Assembly: GCA_965231125.1 (NCBI GenBank)
Contig: OZ246414.1
Location: 81,739-145,738, forward strand
Reading direction: 5' to 3'
DNA from: an uncultured Gammaproteobacteria bacterium
Lineage (GTDB): Bacteria > Patescibacteriota > Microgenomatia > Woykebacterales > RBG-16-39-9b
Length of the DNA: 64,000 nucleotides
In this document: positions 53,156 through 64,000 of the stretch, one piece after another
How positions within the stretch are numbered: the stretch's first letter is position 1
How the letters are laid out: each line of letters opens with the position of its first letter
The notes under the pieces: model-generated
Told to the model about the DNA's origin: nothing
The model's database searches: none
The model's input: the letters and a program-made list of their open reading frames with translations, nothing else
Program-made: the position numbers and the translations under genes

Positions 53156-53746
53156 GTGGGATATTCGCAGAGAGTGGCGGTATGGGTTTTGGTCTCGGTT
53201 TTTCTGACGGCGTGTTTTTCAGGGACGCAAGTAAGATCCAGCCAGCTGGGCGGGACACTCCAACCCACACTATTGCCAGAACAAACTCCTAAACAAGAGT
53301 TGGGTGTGGCAGTGTCGGTTCCACCTCAAAGCTCTTCACTCACAATTCCACCCGAGACCAAAGTAGTGAGAGGAAGTTGTAGCTCGGATGGAGAATGTCA
53401 TTGGTACAATTTTTACTGGGCGCCAACCCACGAAGCAGTGGTTCAGGAGGGAGAATCGCAAATCAAGGTGGAGCACGAGCTTTGCCATGCCCACCAGCAT
53501 TGGTCGATAAACGGTGGCGCACTGCTACCGCCAGACGACTACGACTTGCATACCTGGTACGACACGGCCGAAGGCAAGAGTTTTTTCGGGGCCGCCTCCG
53601 GTCTTTCTTGGCTCTGGAGTCACAGTGCGGTCAATGATCTCGAAGATTTTGCCTGGACGTGTGCTTACTGGTACCTAGGTCCAGTGTATCTGAACAAGAT
53701 TAGTCCGCAGCGTTACGATTGGGCAGCAGCCAATCTAACTAAGTAA
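53156..53746 (+). CDS. GC-rich putative lipoprotein with HExxH motif
   Basis: GTG start with AAAGGAGAG SD. Lipobox-like VFLTAC. KVEHELCHAHQH contains HExxH. Trp/Tyr-rich. Confidence 0.5.
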   Translation: MGYSQRVAVWVLVSVFLTACFSGTQVRSSQLGGTLQPTLLPEQTPKQELGVAVSVPPQSSSLTIPPETKVVRGSCSSDGECHWYNFYWAPTHEAVVQEGESQIKVEHELCHAHQHWSINGGALLPPDDYDLHTWYDTAEGKSFFGAASGLSWLWSHSAVNDLEDFAWTCAYWYLGPVYLNKISPQRYDWAAANLTK

Positions 53747-53750
53747 ATCC

Positions 53751-53787
53751 AACCGCCCTCTCAATTTTGAAAGGGCGGTTACTTTTT
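53751..53787 (+). terminator. rho-independent terminator
   Basis: aaccgccct / agggcggtt stem followed by actttttt. Confidence 0.7.
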
Positions 53788-53807
53788 TAATTCGCTAGAC
53801 CTTTCTT

Positions 53808-54371
53808 TTAGAGTTGCTCTGGTCCAAAATGCAGCGGTTTTTTTGTAGAAGCCTTTTCTCTACCAGGAAGTAGAAATTTATCGTAAACTTCATCCATATC
53901 GACAAACTCATCCACCTCACCGATTAGCTTAGCAGAAGTACTTTTTCCGAAAGCGACTACCTCTACCCGATGACCTTGGTTTCTTAAATATTCAACTAAG
54001 GGAACGTAGTCGCCGTCTCCAGAGACAAGAATTAAAACATCAAGCCGGGGAGCAAGCCGAATCATATCAAGAGCAATTCCAACATCCCAGTCCCCCTTTT
54101 TTACCCCGCCAGGAAAAACTTGTATTTCTTTAGATTTTACTTCAAAACCAGCTTTTTCTAAGGCATCAAAAAAAGATTGTTCCTCGGGCATGGATGCTTT
54201 GACAACGTAAGCAATTGCCCGTATTAGTTGTCGGTTTGATGTAGCAACTTCTAAAATACTACTAAAATTTACGCGTTTACCGTACAAATTTTTGGCAGAA
54301 TAATACATATTTTGGACGTCAACAAAAACGCCAACTCTTTGGTTTGGATTCTTTTTTAGCATAAAATTCAC
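53808..54371 (-). CDS. NYN/LabA-like (DUF88) domain protein
   Basis: 187 aa: RVGVFVDVQNMYYSAKN ... LILVSGDGDYVPLV. Confidence 0.75.
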   Translation of the reverse strand: MNFMLKKNPNQRVGVFVDVQNMYYSAKNLYGKRVNFSSILEVATSNRQLIRAIAYVVKASMPEEQSFFDALEKAGFEVKSKEIQVFPGGVKKGDWDVGIALDMIRLAPRLDVLILVSGDGDYVPLVEYLRNQGHRVEVVAFGKSTSAKLIGEVDEFVDMDEVYDKFLLPGREKASTKKPLHFGPEQL

Positions 54372-54484
54372 CTCCTTCGTTTTCTCACCCCGATGAATCC
54401 GGGGATCGGTCGAGCAGCTTTACTCGATTACGTTCCTATGATAACATTAATTCACAAATTTAGCTGAAAAAGTCAAGAGAAATA

Positions 54485-55369
54485 ATGAAAAAAATCACCA
54501 AAGCAGTTATCCCGGCAGCTGGTTACGGAACGCGATTTTTACCAGTTACTAAAGCCATGCCTAAAGAGATGCTGCCGATACTGGCCAAGCCTATTATTCA
54601 GTATGTAGTTGAAGAAGCAGTTTCATCCGGAATTGAAGATATAATCTTGGTTACAGGTGGGAACAAAAGAGCGATCGAAGATCATTTTGACCGCTCCCCG
54701 GAACTTGAAGATTGGTTAAAAGAGTCCGGCAAAGAAGGGCAGCTCGCAGAAATCATCCGCGTCGCCCACCTAGCGAACTTTATTTATATTAGGCAAAAAG
54801 GCCCCTATGGCAATGCTACTCCGGTGCTATCCGCTAAAAAGCTTGTTGAAAACGATCCCTTTGCTGTGCTTTGGGGAGACGAGATAATCTATGCAGAACC
54901 ACCCCGCCTTAAGCAACTTATAGATACCTTTGAAAAATACCAAGCGAGTATTATTAGTGGAGTTAAAATCGAAAAAAAGGAAGATTTAGCAAAGTACGGA
55001 ATTGCTGAAGTTGAACATGTAGAAGGCCCGGTCTATAAAATAAAAAAAATTGTTGAAAAGCCGGTACCAGGAGAGGCACCTTCTGATATCGCTACTCACG
55101 GGGCGTACGTTTTCACACCGACTATTTTTGAACATCTAGAAGCGCTTAAACCAGGTAAAGGTGGAGAACTTTGGCTACCAGAGGCGATTGATTCTCTGAT
55201 AAAAAAAGAGCCAGTCTACACAGTGATTGTTGAAAATGGAAGCTATTACGATCTCGGCAATAAATTGGGCTTTATCAGGGCTAACATTGAATTTGCTCTG
55301 AAAGATGAAGATCTGAGGAAAGAACTTATACCTTACCTGACAAAACTTGCCGAAAAGCCCCCATCCTAA
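54485..55369 (+). CDS. galU: UTP--glucose-1-phosphate uridylyltransferase
   Basis: 294 aa: KAVIPAAGYGTRFLPVTKAMPKEMLPI, VLWGDE. Confidence 0.9.
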   Translation: MKKITKAVIPAAGYGTRFLPVTKAMPKEMLPILAKPIIQYVVEEAVSSGIEDIILVTGGNKRAIEDHFDRSPELEDWLKESGKEGQLAEIIRVAHLANFIYIRQKGPYGNATPVLSAKKLVENDPFAVLWGDEIIYAEPPRLKQLIDTFEKYQASIISGVKIEKKEDLAKYGIAEVEHVEGPVYKIKKIVEKPVPGEAPSDIATHGAYVFTPTIFEHLEALKPGKGGELWLPEAIDSLIKKEPVYTVIVENGSYYDLGNKLGFIRANIEFALKDEDLRKELIPYLTKLAEKPPS

Positions 55370-55387
55370 TACAATTGATTTACTGCC

Positions 55388-56758
55388 ATGACTTCCACAA
55401 ACAAGAAATTAATCTGGATTGCTCTTGCCCTTCTCTCTCTTGAGGCAGTTGTGGGTTTAGTAATTGTCAGCGTAAAAAAAGAATTTTTTAAGAAAAAGGA
55501 AAAGCCCGTTTTTATTAGTTACGTTGGGCTTTGGGACTCATCAATAATTAACCCATTGAAAGTAGAATTTCAAAGAGAAAATCCAAATGTTACTATCGAA
55601 TACGAACAAAAGGACCAGACCTTGTATTTTAAAACCCTAAAAAATTTAATTTCGGCGGAAAAAGCTCCCGATATATTTTGGTGGCACTCCGGTTGGGGAC
55701 CAATGCTGCAAAACGATTTAGCACCGCTAGCTAGCCAGGTTTTGTCCGATTCCACTTACAAAAAAACCTATTATCCTATCACTACGCAAGACGCTAAGAT
55801 TGCAGGAACGTATAGAGGAATACCGCTTGAGTTTGACGGTCTTGCACTAATTTACAATAAGGCCCGTTTGCAAAGTAAGCACCTAAAACGACCACCCAAA
55901 ACTTGGAGTGAGCTACAACGAAGTTATGTCCCCTCCCTAACACGCAGAGACTCTTCCAATAACATAATTACGTCAGCAGTTGCCTTAGGCACGAGCAATA
56001 ATATTTCTAATTTTTCTGAAATTCTCGGTCTACTCTTCTTCCAGAATGGGGTTAACTTTGTTAAAAATGGACAAGTGACAGCGGCGAATAGTACTGCTGA
56101 AAACGGCGATAATTTGGGAGAACAAACGCTCGAGTTTTACACAAGCTTTGCTAAAAACCCAAAAGTTTGGGACACGAATATGCCCAACTCGATTCGGGCC
56201 TTTGCCCAAGGAAAAGTGGCGATGATAATTTTACCGGTCTATAAAATACCGGTTCTTGTAGGTCAAATAAAAGCTTTTGGCGATCGTGTGAAGTTTGGTG
56301 TTGCGCCGGTGCCCCAGCCCCCAGATAGTCCGAACGTAACGTGGGGAAGTTATTGGCTTTCCGGGGTCTCGGCAAAAAGTAAAAATCAAAACGAGGCTTG
56401 GAGTTTTATTAATTTTCTCTCGCAACCTGAAAATTTAAGAAAAATTTTCACCGCCGAGGCAAAAATTAGAGGTATTGGTCGGGTGTATCCAAGACTTGAT
56501 ATGGGAAGCGGATTAAGAAAAGACTCAGTACTATCCCCCTATGTTGCTCAAGCTCCCTACGCCACTAGCTGGTATTTAGATTCGGATACCCACGACGGAG
56601 CCTTAAACGACAAGATGATTGACAGTTTAGACGAACTTGTAACAAACGAAGTTTTGGAAAAGGGATCCACCACATCTAATTTAAAAACTTTTGCGCAGGA
56701 AGCCACCGGAATTTTGTCCTCCTACGGGGTGTTGAGCCCTGCGATAATAGAACGCTAG
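55388..56758 (+). CDS. ABC transporter substrate-binding protein (family 1, sugar-type), TM-anchored
   Basis: 456 aa. N-terminal TM anchor, PDIFWWH and GKVAMIILPVY strings typical of SBP_bac_1. No permease or ATPase genes adjacent. Confidence 0.6.
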   Translation: MTSTNKKLIWIALALLSLEAVVGLVIVSVKKEFFKKKEKPVFISYVGLWDSSIINPLKVEFQRENPNVTIEYEQKDQTLYFKTLKNLISAEKAPDIFWWHSGWGPMLQNDLAPLASQVLSDSTYKKTYYPITTQDAKIAGTYRGIPLEFDGLALIYNKARLQSKHLKRPPKTWSELQRSYVPSLTRRDSSNNIITSAVALGTSNNISNFSEILGLLFFQNGVNFVKNGQVTAANSTAENGDNLGEQTLEFYTSFAKNPKVWDTNMPNSIRAFAQGKVAMIILPVYKIPVLVGQIKAFGDRVKFGVAPVPQPPDSPNVTWGSYWLSGVSAKSKNQNEAWSFINFLSQPENLRKIFTAEAKIRGIGRVYPRLDMGSGLRKDSVLSPYVAQAPYATSWYLDSDTHDGALNDKMIDSLDELVTNEVLEKGSTTSNLKTFAQEATGILSSYGVLSPAIIER

Positions 56759-56782
56759 GAGAGTGGTTGCCTAAGCGATCAC

Positions 56783-56810
56783 TTGACAAACTCTAGGACT
56801 TTTGTATAAT
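56783..56810 (+). promoter_or_regulatory. TTGACA-N16-TATAAT promoter of groES-groEL
   Basis: TTGACA 56783-56788, TATAAT 56805-56810. Confidence 0.5.
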
Positions 56811-56893
56811 TAGCGGATTAAGCTCATGAGTGCGAATTTTGCGCTCTCCCCGACAATTTCTGCCTAGAAGAAAAATTATTTTTTGGAGGTAAA

Positions 56894-58838
<1,945 letters not shown>

Positions 58839-58867
58839 GTTAGTTAATTAGCCGACGGGCCACTTTT

Positions 58868-58896
58868 TTGACAAATCCTCTCCGCAAAATTACAAT
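58868..58896 (+). promoter_or_regulatory. TTGACA-N17-TACAAT promoter, -10 ends 6 nt before the ATG (leaderless-type)
   Basis: TTGACA 58868-58873, TACAAT 58891-58896, ATG 58903. Confidence 0.5.
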
Positions 58897-58902
58897 CGAC
58901 GC

Positions 58903-59535
58903 ATGATAAAGGCAGTTATTTTTGATTTGGACGGAGTCTTAGTCGATACCGAGCCTTTGTGGTACGAAACGTTTGCCAAAGTTAGTAGAGAATTTGGGTT
59001 TGAATACTCAGACGAACTTCATAGTTTGACTACGGGGCGTTACGACGGCGCTAAACAAATAGCAAAGGCTTTGGGCTTTGCTGAAAAACATTTAGAGTTT
59101 AGGGACAAGAGCCGGGAAATTTACAAGGATCTTTTTAAAAAAAGAGCAAAGCTTATCCCGGGTGTGGTAAATGTTCTAAACAATTTAAAAGGGAAATATA
59201 AGTTGGCCATAGCTACTTCAGCTTACAAACCCAGACTCGAATACAATTTAGATAAGTTTCCAGAGCTTAAAGAATTTTTTGATATAACTACCCATGGTGA
59301 GGAAGTCGAAAAAAGTAAGCCAGCGCCGGATATTTTTCTTTTTACAGCGAAAAAGTTGAAAGTTAAGCCAAAGGAATGTGTTGTTGTAGAAGATGCAAAA
59401 TACGGGATAGAAGCGGCTAAAGCTGCTGGTATGAAAGCAATTGGGTTAAAACTACCCCACGTTTTTCCCCAAGATTTGTCGCAGGCAGATAAAGTGGTAA
59501 CCTCCTTTTCAGAAATTGATCTAACCTCCCTATAA
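58903..59535 (+). CDS. HAD-superfamily hydrolase (beta-phosphoglucomutase-like)
   Basis: 210 aa: IKAVIFDLDGVLVDTEP, ATSA, KPAPDIF, VVEDAKYG. Confidence 0.8.
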   Translation: MIKAVIFDLDGVLVDTEPLWYETFAKVSREFGFEYSDELHSLTTGRYDGAKQIAKALGFAEKHLEFRDKSREIYKDLFKKRAKLIPGVVNVLNNLKGKYKLAIATSAYKPRLEYNLDKFPELKEFFDITTHGEEVEKSKPAPDIFLFTAKKLKVKPKECVVVEDAKYGIEAAKAAGMKAIGLKLPHVFPQDLSQADKVVTSFSEIDLTSL

Positions 59536-59619
59536 ACCCCAAATTTGACTATAAGATTTATAATTTAGCTAGTTCCTAAGCGAATTGCTGACGCCCAATA
59601 AACCAAGGAGGTTGAGAGA

Positions 59620-59886
59620 ATGGTAGGAGGAAGGGTTCGTCGGCCCAGCGTAATTGTTAAGGCCGATTGGGATAAACTTAGTGAAAAGCAGCAGCGGATC
59701 GTAGCTTTCATGGCTAAACACATACTTGAGCGTTTTTCGACCCGTTCTATCGCAGAAGGCGCGGGTCTAAAATCGGTGGAGGGTGTGGATCTGACTAAAT
59801 TGAACATTAAGTTTCAGAAGTTGGGAGTGGTAGTCAGAGTATCTTGGGAAGACGTTGGACAACAGACCTTTTGGTTTATGAGTTAA
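59620..59886 (+). CDS. hypothetical protein (88 aa)
   Basis: AAGGAGG SD 8 nt upstream. Hairpin 59909-59947 downstream. No family recognised. Confidence 0.45.
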   Translation: MVGGRVRRPSVIVKADWDKLSEKQQRIVAFMAKHILERFSTRSIAEGAGLKSVEGVDLTKLNIKFQKLGVVVRVSWEDVGQQTFWFMS

Positions 59887-59908
59887 TTGAGTCGTAACAC
59901 TAATCTTT

Positions 59909-59947
59909 GGCGGATCTTCAAGCCAAAAGAAGATCCGCCGTTACTTT
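59909..59947 (+). terminator. terminator-like hairpin
   Basis: ggcggatcttc / gaagatccgcc 11-bp stem with a weak T-tract. Explains why the ORF-track start at 59907 is spurious. Confidence 0.5.
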
Positions 59948-59974
59948 GACAAATACACCGACAAGCCGTAAACT
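59946..59974 (+). promoter_or_regulatory. TTGACA-N17-TAAACT promoter, 10 nt before the ATG
   Basis: TTGACA 59946-59951, TAAACT 59969-59974, ATG 59985. Confidence 0.45.
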
Positions 59975-59984
59975 TTTTTCAAAT

Positions 59985-60590
59985 ATGGTTAAAAAATCTG
60001 TAAAAGTATCCAAAGGAAAATCTAAAAAAGAAGAGAGGAAAAGGTTAATTGTGGTTCATGGGTGGGAAGGGTCCCCGGAACATGGTTGGTTCCCCTGGTT
60101 AAAAAGTGAAATGGAAAAAAGGGGCTGGCAAGTTCAAATCCCCGCAATGCCCAGTGCCGCGGCCCCAAAAGTTTACGAATGGGTCCCTTACCTCTTAGAA
60201 GTTGCCGGAAGAGTTGATGAAAACACTTTTATGATTGGCCATTCTCTTGGCTGTGTTACAATTTTGAAATTTTTAGAGAGCCTGCCAAAAGGAAAAATGC
60301 TTGGTGGAGCAATTCTTGTGGCTGGGTTTGATAATTCGTTGACTTTCAAAGAGCTGGAAAATTTTTTTGATACGCCGATTGATTGGGAAAAAGCTAAGAA
60401 GAAGTGCAAGAAATTTGTTTCTATTCATTCCGAAAATGATCCTTCGGTACCCGTGGAAAATAGTATAAAATTCGAAAAAGGTTTGGGCGCCAAGAAAATT
60501 ATTGTCGATGGTTACAAACATTTTAGTGGTGATGATGGCTTCACTTCATTGCCACTTATTCTTGAAGAACTACTTGAGATTTCACAATAA
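59985..60590 (+). CDS. alpha/beta hydrolase, RBBP9/YdeN family
   Basis: Start MVKKSVKV. LIVVHGWEGSPEHGWFPWL and nucleophile elbow GHSLG. Confidence 0.7.
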   Translation: MVKKSVKVSKGKSKKEERKRLIVVHGWEGSPEHGWFPWLKSEMEKRGWQVQIPAMPSAAAPKVYEWVPYLLEVAGRVDENTFMIGHSLGCVTILKFLESLPKGKMLGGAILVAGFDNSLTFKELENFFDTPIDWEKAKKKCKKFVSIHSENDPSVPVENSIKFEKGLGAKKIIVDGYKHFSGDDGFTSLPLILEELLEISQ

Positions 60591-60626
60591 TGTCTCGTCT
60601 ACTGATCAGTCGAGCCCTGACACAAA

Positions 60627-61133
60627 TTAGTAATATCTTTTTTCGCCAGCTGTCACTGCGACATTCAAAGTGTTTTCGTCTGGTGTTATCGGACAACGGA
60701 AATGGTTATTGTAGGCACAATAAGGGTTGTAGGCGTAGTTAAAATCTAAGTCCACTTTACCTTGATCTTCCTCCACCTCAATGTAACGGCCATCGTGATA
60801 AGTCTCGCTGGAATTAGTTTTATCTCGGAAAGATAAAAATAAGTGACTTCTATCCAGACTTTGGAAAACGGCCAGGTTATAATTGTTCCCATCTATTTGG
60901 AATTTAATCTCTCCGTACCGTTTGTAGGTCTCCGTGTCGCCAGCGCTGGTTTTAATGTCGACAATTTCTTGGCTTTCACTTTTTTCTAAGAAAGCTTTAA
61001 CATGAAATTTAGGGTTTTCGGGATAATACTGCAGGCCTTTAAATTTTTCTCTTTGCTCAGAAGTTATCGGTGGATCTTCACTTGAGCCGAAAAACTCGTC
61101 TTTTTCTTTGCGAAATTTTACGAGCTGGTCCAC
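60627..61133 (-). CDS. DUF1684 domain protein
   Basis: 168 aa: FRKEKDEFF, FKGLQYYPENPKF, DFNYAYNPYCAYN..RCP..P..N.L...V.AGEK. Confidence 0.7.
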   Translation of the reverse strand: MDQLVKFRKEKDEFFGSSEDPPITSEQREKFKGLQYYPENPKFHVKAFLEKSESQEIVDIKTSAGDTETYKRYGEIKFQIDGNNYNLAVFQSLDRSHLFLSFRDKTNSSETYHDGRYIEVEEDQGKVDLDFNYAYNPYCAYNNHFRCPITPDENTLNVAVTAGEKRYY

Positions 61134-61219
61134 AGACTAATTTTAACAAAAGGTAAAAACCCCAGTCCAGAAGTTTTGTTTTGACAAAATCTTGTAAAAG
61201 CGCTAAGCTGTATTTAATA

Positions 61220-62896
61220 ATGGATCCGCAGCCTGCTCAGACTAACACGTCTAATATTGAAGCTTTAAGTAAGGAATCAAAATCCAAAACTCCGGTAGCT
61301 GCCTTGTTAATAATTTTAATTATATTGGCTTTGGGCGTCGGTTGGTTTTTATATACTAAGAACCAGACATCTAAATCTCCCGAAGAAAAAATAGTCACCG
61401 GGTTGCCGCGGGACTCGATTACCATCGGCCAAACAGTTGCTCCTTCGGGAGTTTTCCCAAATTCTGTTGCCGAGGATGCCGATGTAGCCTTCAACGCCAA
61501 TATTTTTGACGGGTTAGGAAAGATAACGGATGGTAAGGTTGAACCTGCTCTAGCAGTCAGTTGGAGTAATCCAGATAAAAACACTTGGAGATTCAATCTG
61601 CGTAAGGGGGTTACATTTCAAAACGGAGATCCGTTCACCGCTGCCGATGTAAAGTTTAGCATCGAGGAAGCGCTGAATAGTATAAAGGATGATGTTAATG
61701 GGGTTGATGTTTTAAAGAACGATTGGCCGGACGTAGCCAACTTAGGATCTGTAAAAGCGGTGAAAGTTACCGACGACTATACGGTGGATGTCGAGACAGT
61801 CTCACCGGATCCAGTCCTTTTTAACCGGCTTGTTTTTGTACCGATTGTTTCCAAAAAACAATTCGGCGAAAATACCGGTAAATTTACTGCGGTGGGTACA
61901 GGAGCATATAAGTTGGTTAGTATAACTGGGACTAGCGCGGTGTTGGAAGCGAATGCGGATTATTATTTAGGAGCGCCGCGAGTTAAAAAGGTAGTTTATA
62001 AATTTTTCCCTGAAAATACCCCGGATTCGAAGCTGATTGCTGCTCTTAACAAAGGAGAAACCGATTTACTAAGAGTTAGCGACGAGAAGTTACTCGCCAA
62101 GCTCGACAGCGGTTTTCAAGTAAAGACTTTAGTAGACCCATCCATCGCCTTTATCTGGATGGATACGGCTCGTGATAAAAGTCCTTTTGTGAATAAAACT
62201 CCCAACCCCCTTAAGAACAAGCTTGTTAGACGAGCTATTTACGATGCAATCGATATAAATAAAGCCACTAAGGAAGCGAGTATCTCCGCCGAGCCTGCAT
62301 CTCAACTTGTTCCAAATTCCATCTTTGGATTTAACCCAGAGATAAAAAGACCGCAGCCTAATATAGAAGAAGCAAAAAATTTATTAATGCAGGCGGGAGA
62401 TAAAAGCTTTAGCCTAACTTTAGATGTCCCGGCTTTACAGACAGACGTAGCTAAAAAAATTGCAGTACAGCTTGACCGAATTGGTATTAAGATTAAAGTA
62501 AACCCATTAGTAAAGCAGGGTGGTCTCAACAAGTTGTTTACAGGCGATACCTCTGCGTTCATACTTAATTATAGTGCCGGGACTTATGATGCCGGAGAAA
62601 TTTTTACCGATGTGTTACACACTAGAACGGGCTCGTTTGGGGGTAGTAATATAACCAATTTTAGTGACCCAGAAATTGATAAGATCACCGATGAAATCGC
62701 CGTCACGTTTGACCCTAAATCTAGAGCTGAAAAACTGCAAGAGGCAATGACAAAAGCAATGGACTCTCTTCCGTTGGTACCTCTTTACAGCTATAAATTT
62801 TCCTACATTATCCGCAATAATTTTGATTGGACACCAACTGCATTTGGTGTGGTGTACCCCGACGAAATTTCTGGGCGCGATGTTATTGGGCAGTAA
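61220..62896 (+). CDS. ABC transporter substrate-binding protein (family 5, peptide/nickel-type), TM-anchored
   Basis: Start ATG 61220 (MDPQPAQ). The TTG at 61181 is the -35 TTGACA of its promoter. Strings such as WRFNLRKGVTFQNGDPFTAADVKFS. Confidence 0.7.
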   Translation: MDPQPAQTNTSNIEALSKESKSKTPVAALLIILIILALGVGWFLYTKNQTSKSPEEKIVTGLPRDSITIGQTVAPSGVFPNSVAEDADVAFNANIFDGLGKITDGKVEPALAVSWSNPDKNTWRFNLRKGVTFQNGDPFTAADVKFSIEEALNSIKDDVNGVDVLKNDWPDVANLGSVKAVKVTDDYTVDVETVSPDPVLFNRLVFVPIVSKKQFGENTGKFTAVGTGAYKLVSITGTSAVLEANADYYLGAPRVKKVVYKFFPENTPDSKLIAALNKGETDLLRVSDEKLLAKLDSGFQVKTLVDPSIAFIWMDTARDKSPFVNKTPNPLKNKLVRRAIYDAIDINKATKEASISAEPASQLVPNSIFGFNPEIKRPQPNIEEAKNLLMQAGDKSFSLTLDVPALQTDVAKKIAVQLDRIGIKIKVNPLVKQGGLNKLFTGDTSAFILNYSAGTYDAGEIFTDVLHTRTGSFGGSNITNFSDPEIDKITDEIAVTFDPKSRAEKLQEAMTKAMDSLPLVPLYSYKFSYIIRNNFDWTPTAFGVVYPDEISGRDVIGQ

Positions 62897-62940
62897 TCTT
62901 TTAAACCCCCTTGTGCTAAACTGAAGATGTTTGGAGATAA

Positions 62941-64000
62941 ATGCTGCTACCCGGAATAATTCGCAAATCCATAAGAGTTAAGTTTAGCTTGTTAATATTT
63001 GCGTTACTTTTGTTGGTCTTTTCCATCTCTTCTGGAATTCTAATTTACCAAAATATAGGTACACAGAGAAAAAATCTTATCAATCAAGCCCGTGCCTTTG
63101 CGAAACTATCAGCTAGGCCAATTGGCGATACTTATTCATTGTATTACGACTCCGGATATTTGAAATTTCAGGAACTCACCGGTGATGTTTTATCCTTAAA
63201 CTCTGATATCGAAAAAGTACAGATAATCTCAGTAAACGGCGACATTTTATTCGATTCAGACAGCCTGAACAACCCTAAACCCAGCACGACCCTTGCTATT
63301 GCAGACAAGGACACTCTTTCTAAGATTAACTCTAACTCAGAGACTGAAATCCCGGCAAAGGCCGGCAACTCACGTCCGGAACAGATAATCGAGCCTTATG
63401 TAGAAGATTTTGGGGCTCATCCTTTTTCCATCCGCTATTTTATTTCTTACGATGCTATTTCAAAAAATCTTCTGTACACGGTACTGACGACATTGGTCTT
63501 AAGTTCAATCTTTTTTCTGGGCTCCATCGCATTGATAGTTGTGGTGATTAACAGGACGATTCTTTCTCCAATCGAGGCAGTTATTCAAGGAACCAAAAAA
63601 ATTAGCGGCGGAAACTTATCGCACATAATTGAAGTTAAAACAAACGATGAAGTAGCTGATTTGGCCGCCGCCGTAAACCAAATGGCGCAGACTCTTAGAA
63701 AAAATATTGAAGATCTTAAAGAGCTGGACAAGCTTAAAGACGAATTTATTTTCCTCGCTTCTCATAATTTGCGCACGCCTCTGACAGTTATTAAAGGGTA
63801 TTTGGGCCTTCTTGAGGTGGACAAATCGTTGAGTACCCAAGTGCGAGGTAGCATCAGAAAAATTGTCGAGAGCACTAGCGATCTTGAAGAAATAACCGAA
63901 AATCTTCTCAGCCTAGTTTCATTGGAAAAAGGTAAAGAGAAGGCCATAACAAAGCGGGTGGACTTAGTAGAATTGCTAGAAAAAGTAACAAGTAAGCTTT
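62941..64000 (+). CDS. sensor histidine kinase, N-terminal part (runs off the window; absent from the ORF track)
   Basis: Own translation: MLLPGIIRKS.., two TM segments, HAMP (INRTILSPIEAVIQGTKKISGGNL..VADLAAAVNQMAQTL), H-box FIFLASHNLRTPLT. Confidence 0.8.
   Translation, partial: MLLPGIIRKSIRVKFSLLIFALLLLVFSISSGILIYQNIGTQRKNLINQARAFAKLSARPIGDTYSLYYDSGYLKFQELTGDVLSLNSDIEKVQIISVNGDILFDSDSLNNPKPSTTLAIADKDTLSKINSNSETEIPAKAGNSRPEQIIEPYVEDFGAHPFSIRYFISYDAISKNLLYTVLTTLVLSSIFFLGSIALIVVVINRTILSPIEAVIQGTKKISGGNLSHIIEVKTNDEVADLAAAVNQMAQTLRKNIEDLKELDKLKDEFIFLASHNLRTPLTVIKGYLGLLEVDKSLSTQVRGSIRKIVESTSDLEEITENLLSLVSLEKGKEKAITKRVDLVELLEKVTSKL

Noticed and set aside
56810-56836. CIRCE (HrcA) operator upstream of groES: ttagcggat-N9-gagtgcgaa
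   Set aside because: The right half is 8/9 to consensus, but the left half matches only TTAGC and the two halves are not good inverted repeats. At most it is a degenerate remnant.

Overview
Origin-proximal chromosomal window from a low-GC, small-genome bacterium. Spot counts give about 30-45% G+C in ordinary genes. The gene style suggests a Patescibacteria/CPR-type organism (inference): a minimal housekeeping set, many N-terminally anchored hypothetical proteins, PrgI/VirB6/VirB4-type secretion genes, arrays of two-TM pilin-like genes, and frequent leaderless promoters. Recognisable core genes are msrA (partial), dedA, rpoD-dnaG, a Nudix gene, comF, tmRNA plus smpB, recF-dnaN-dnaA divergent from rpmH-rnpA-yidC-jag-rnhA, rplY, valS, tsaD, galU, groES-groEL, two ABC substrate-binding proteins and a partial histidine kinase. 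There are 7 tRNAs (Asn, four Ser isoacceptors GGA/CGA/GCT/TGA, Arg-GCG, Arg-CCG) and one tRNA-like fragment. The block 16.4-38.4 kb is a type IV secretion-like cell-surface locus. It holds SpoIID-like and SLT-type wall hydrolases, 6 genes carrying 7 VirB2/TrbC-like two-TM modules, a GT39-type glycosyltransferase, and VirB6-like, PrgI-like, coiled-coil and VirB4-like proteins. Three things stand out. (i) Several GC-richer single-gene insertions each have their own promoter-like signal, a strong Shine-Dalgarno and usually a terminator (about 9.5-10.2, 26.4-27.5, 29.3-33.5, 47.5-48.5 and 53.0-53.8 kb); the largest encodes a 1111-aa orphan protein. (ii) A 33-bp inverted repeat pair (32/33 identical) brackets 26.4-33.4 kb inside the secretion locus. 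(iii) A dispersed ~40-nt repeat family with a tRNA D-arm-like head occurs in island flanks and, in frame, inside valS and the Nudix gene, where it encodes RSLR..RP.GLKK. I recognised no CRISPR array, rRNA, transposase, integrase or reverse transcriptase.
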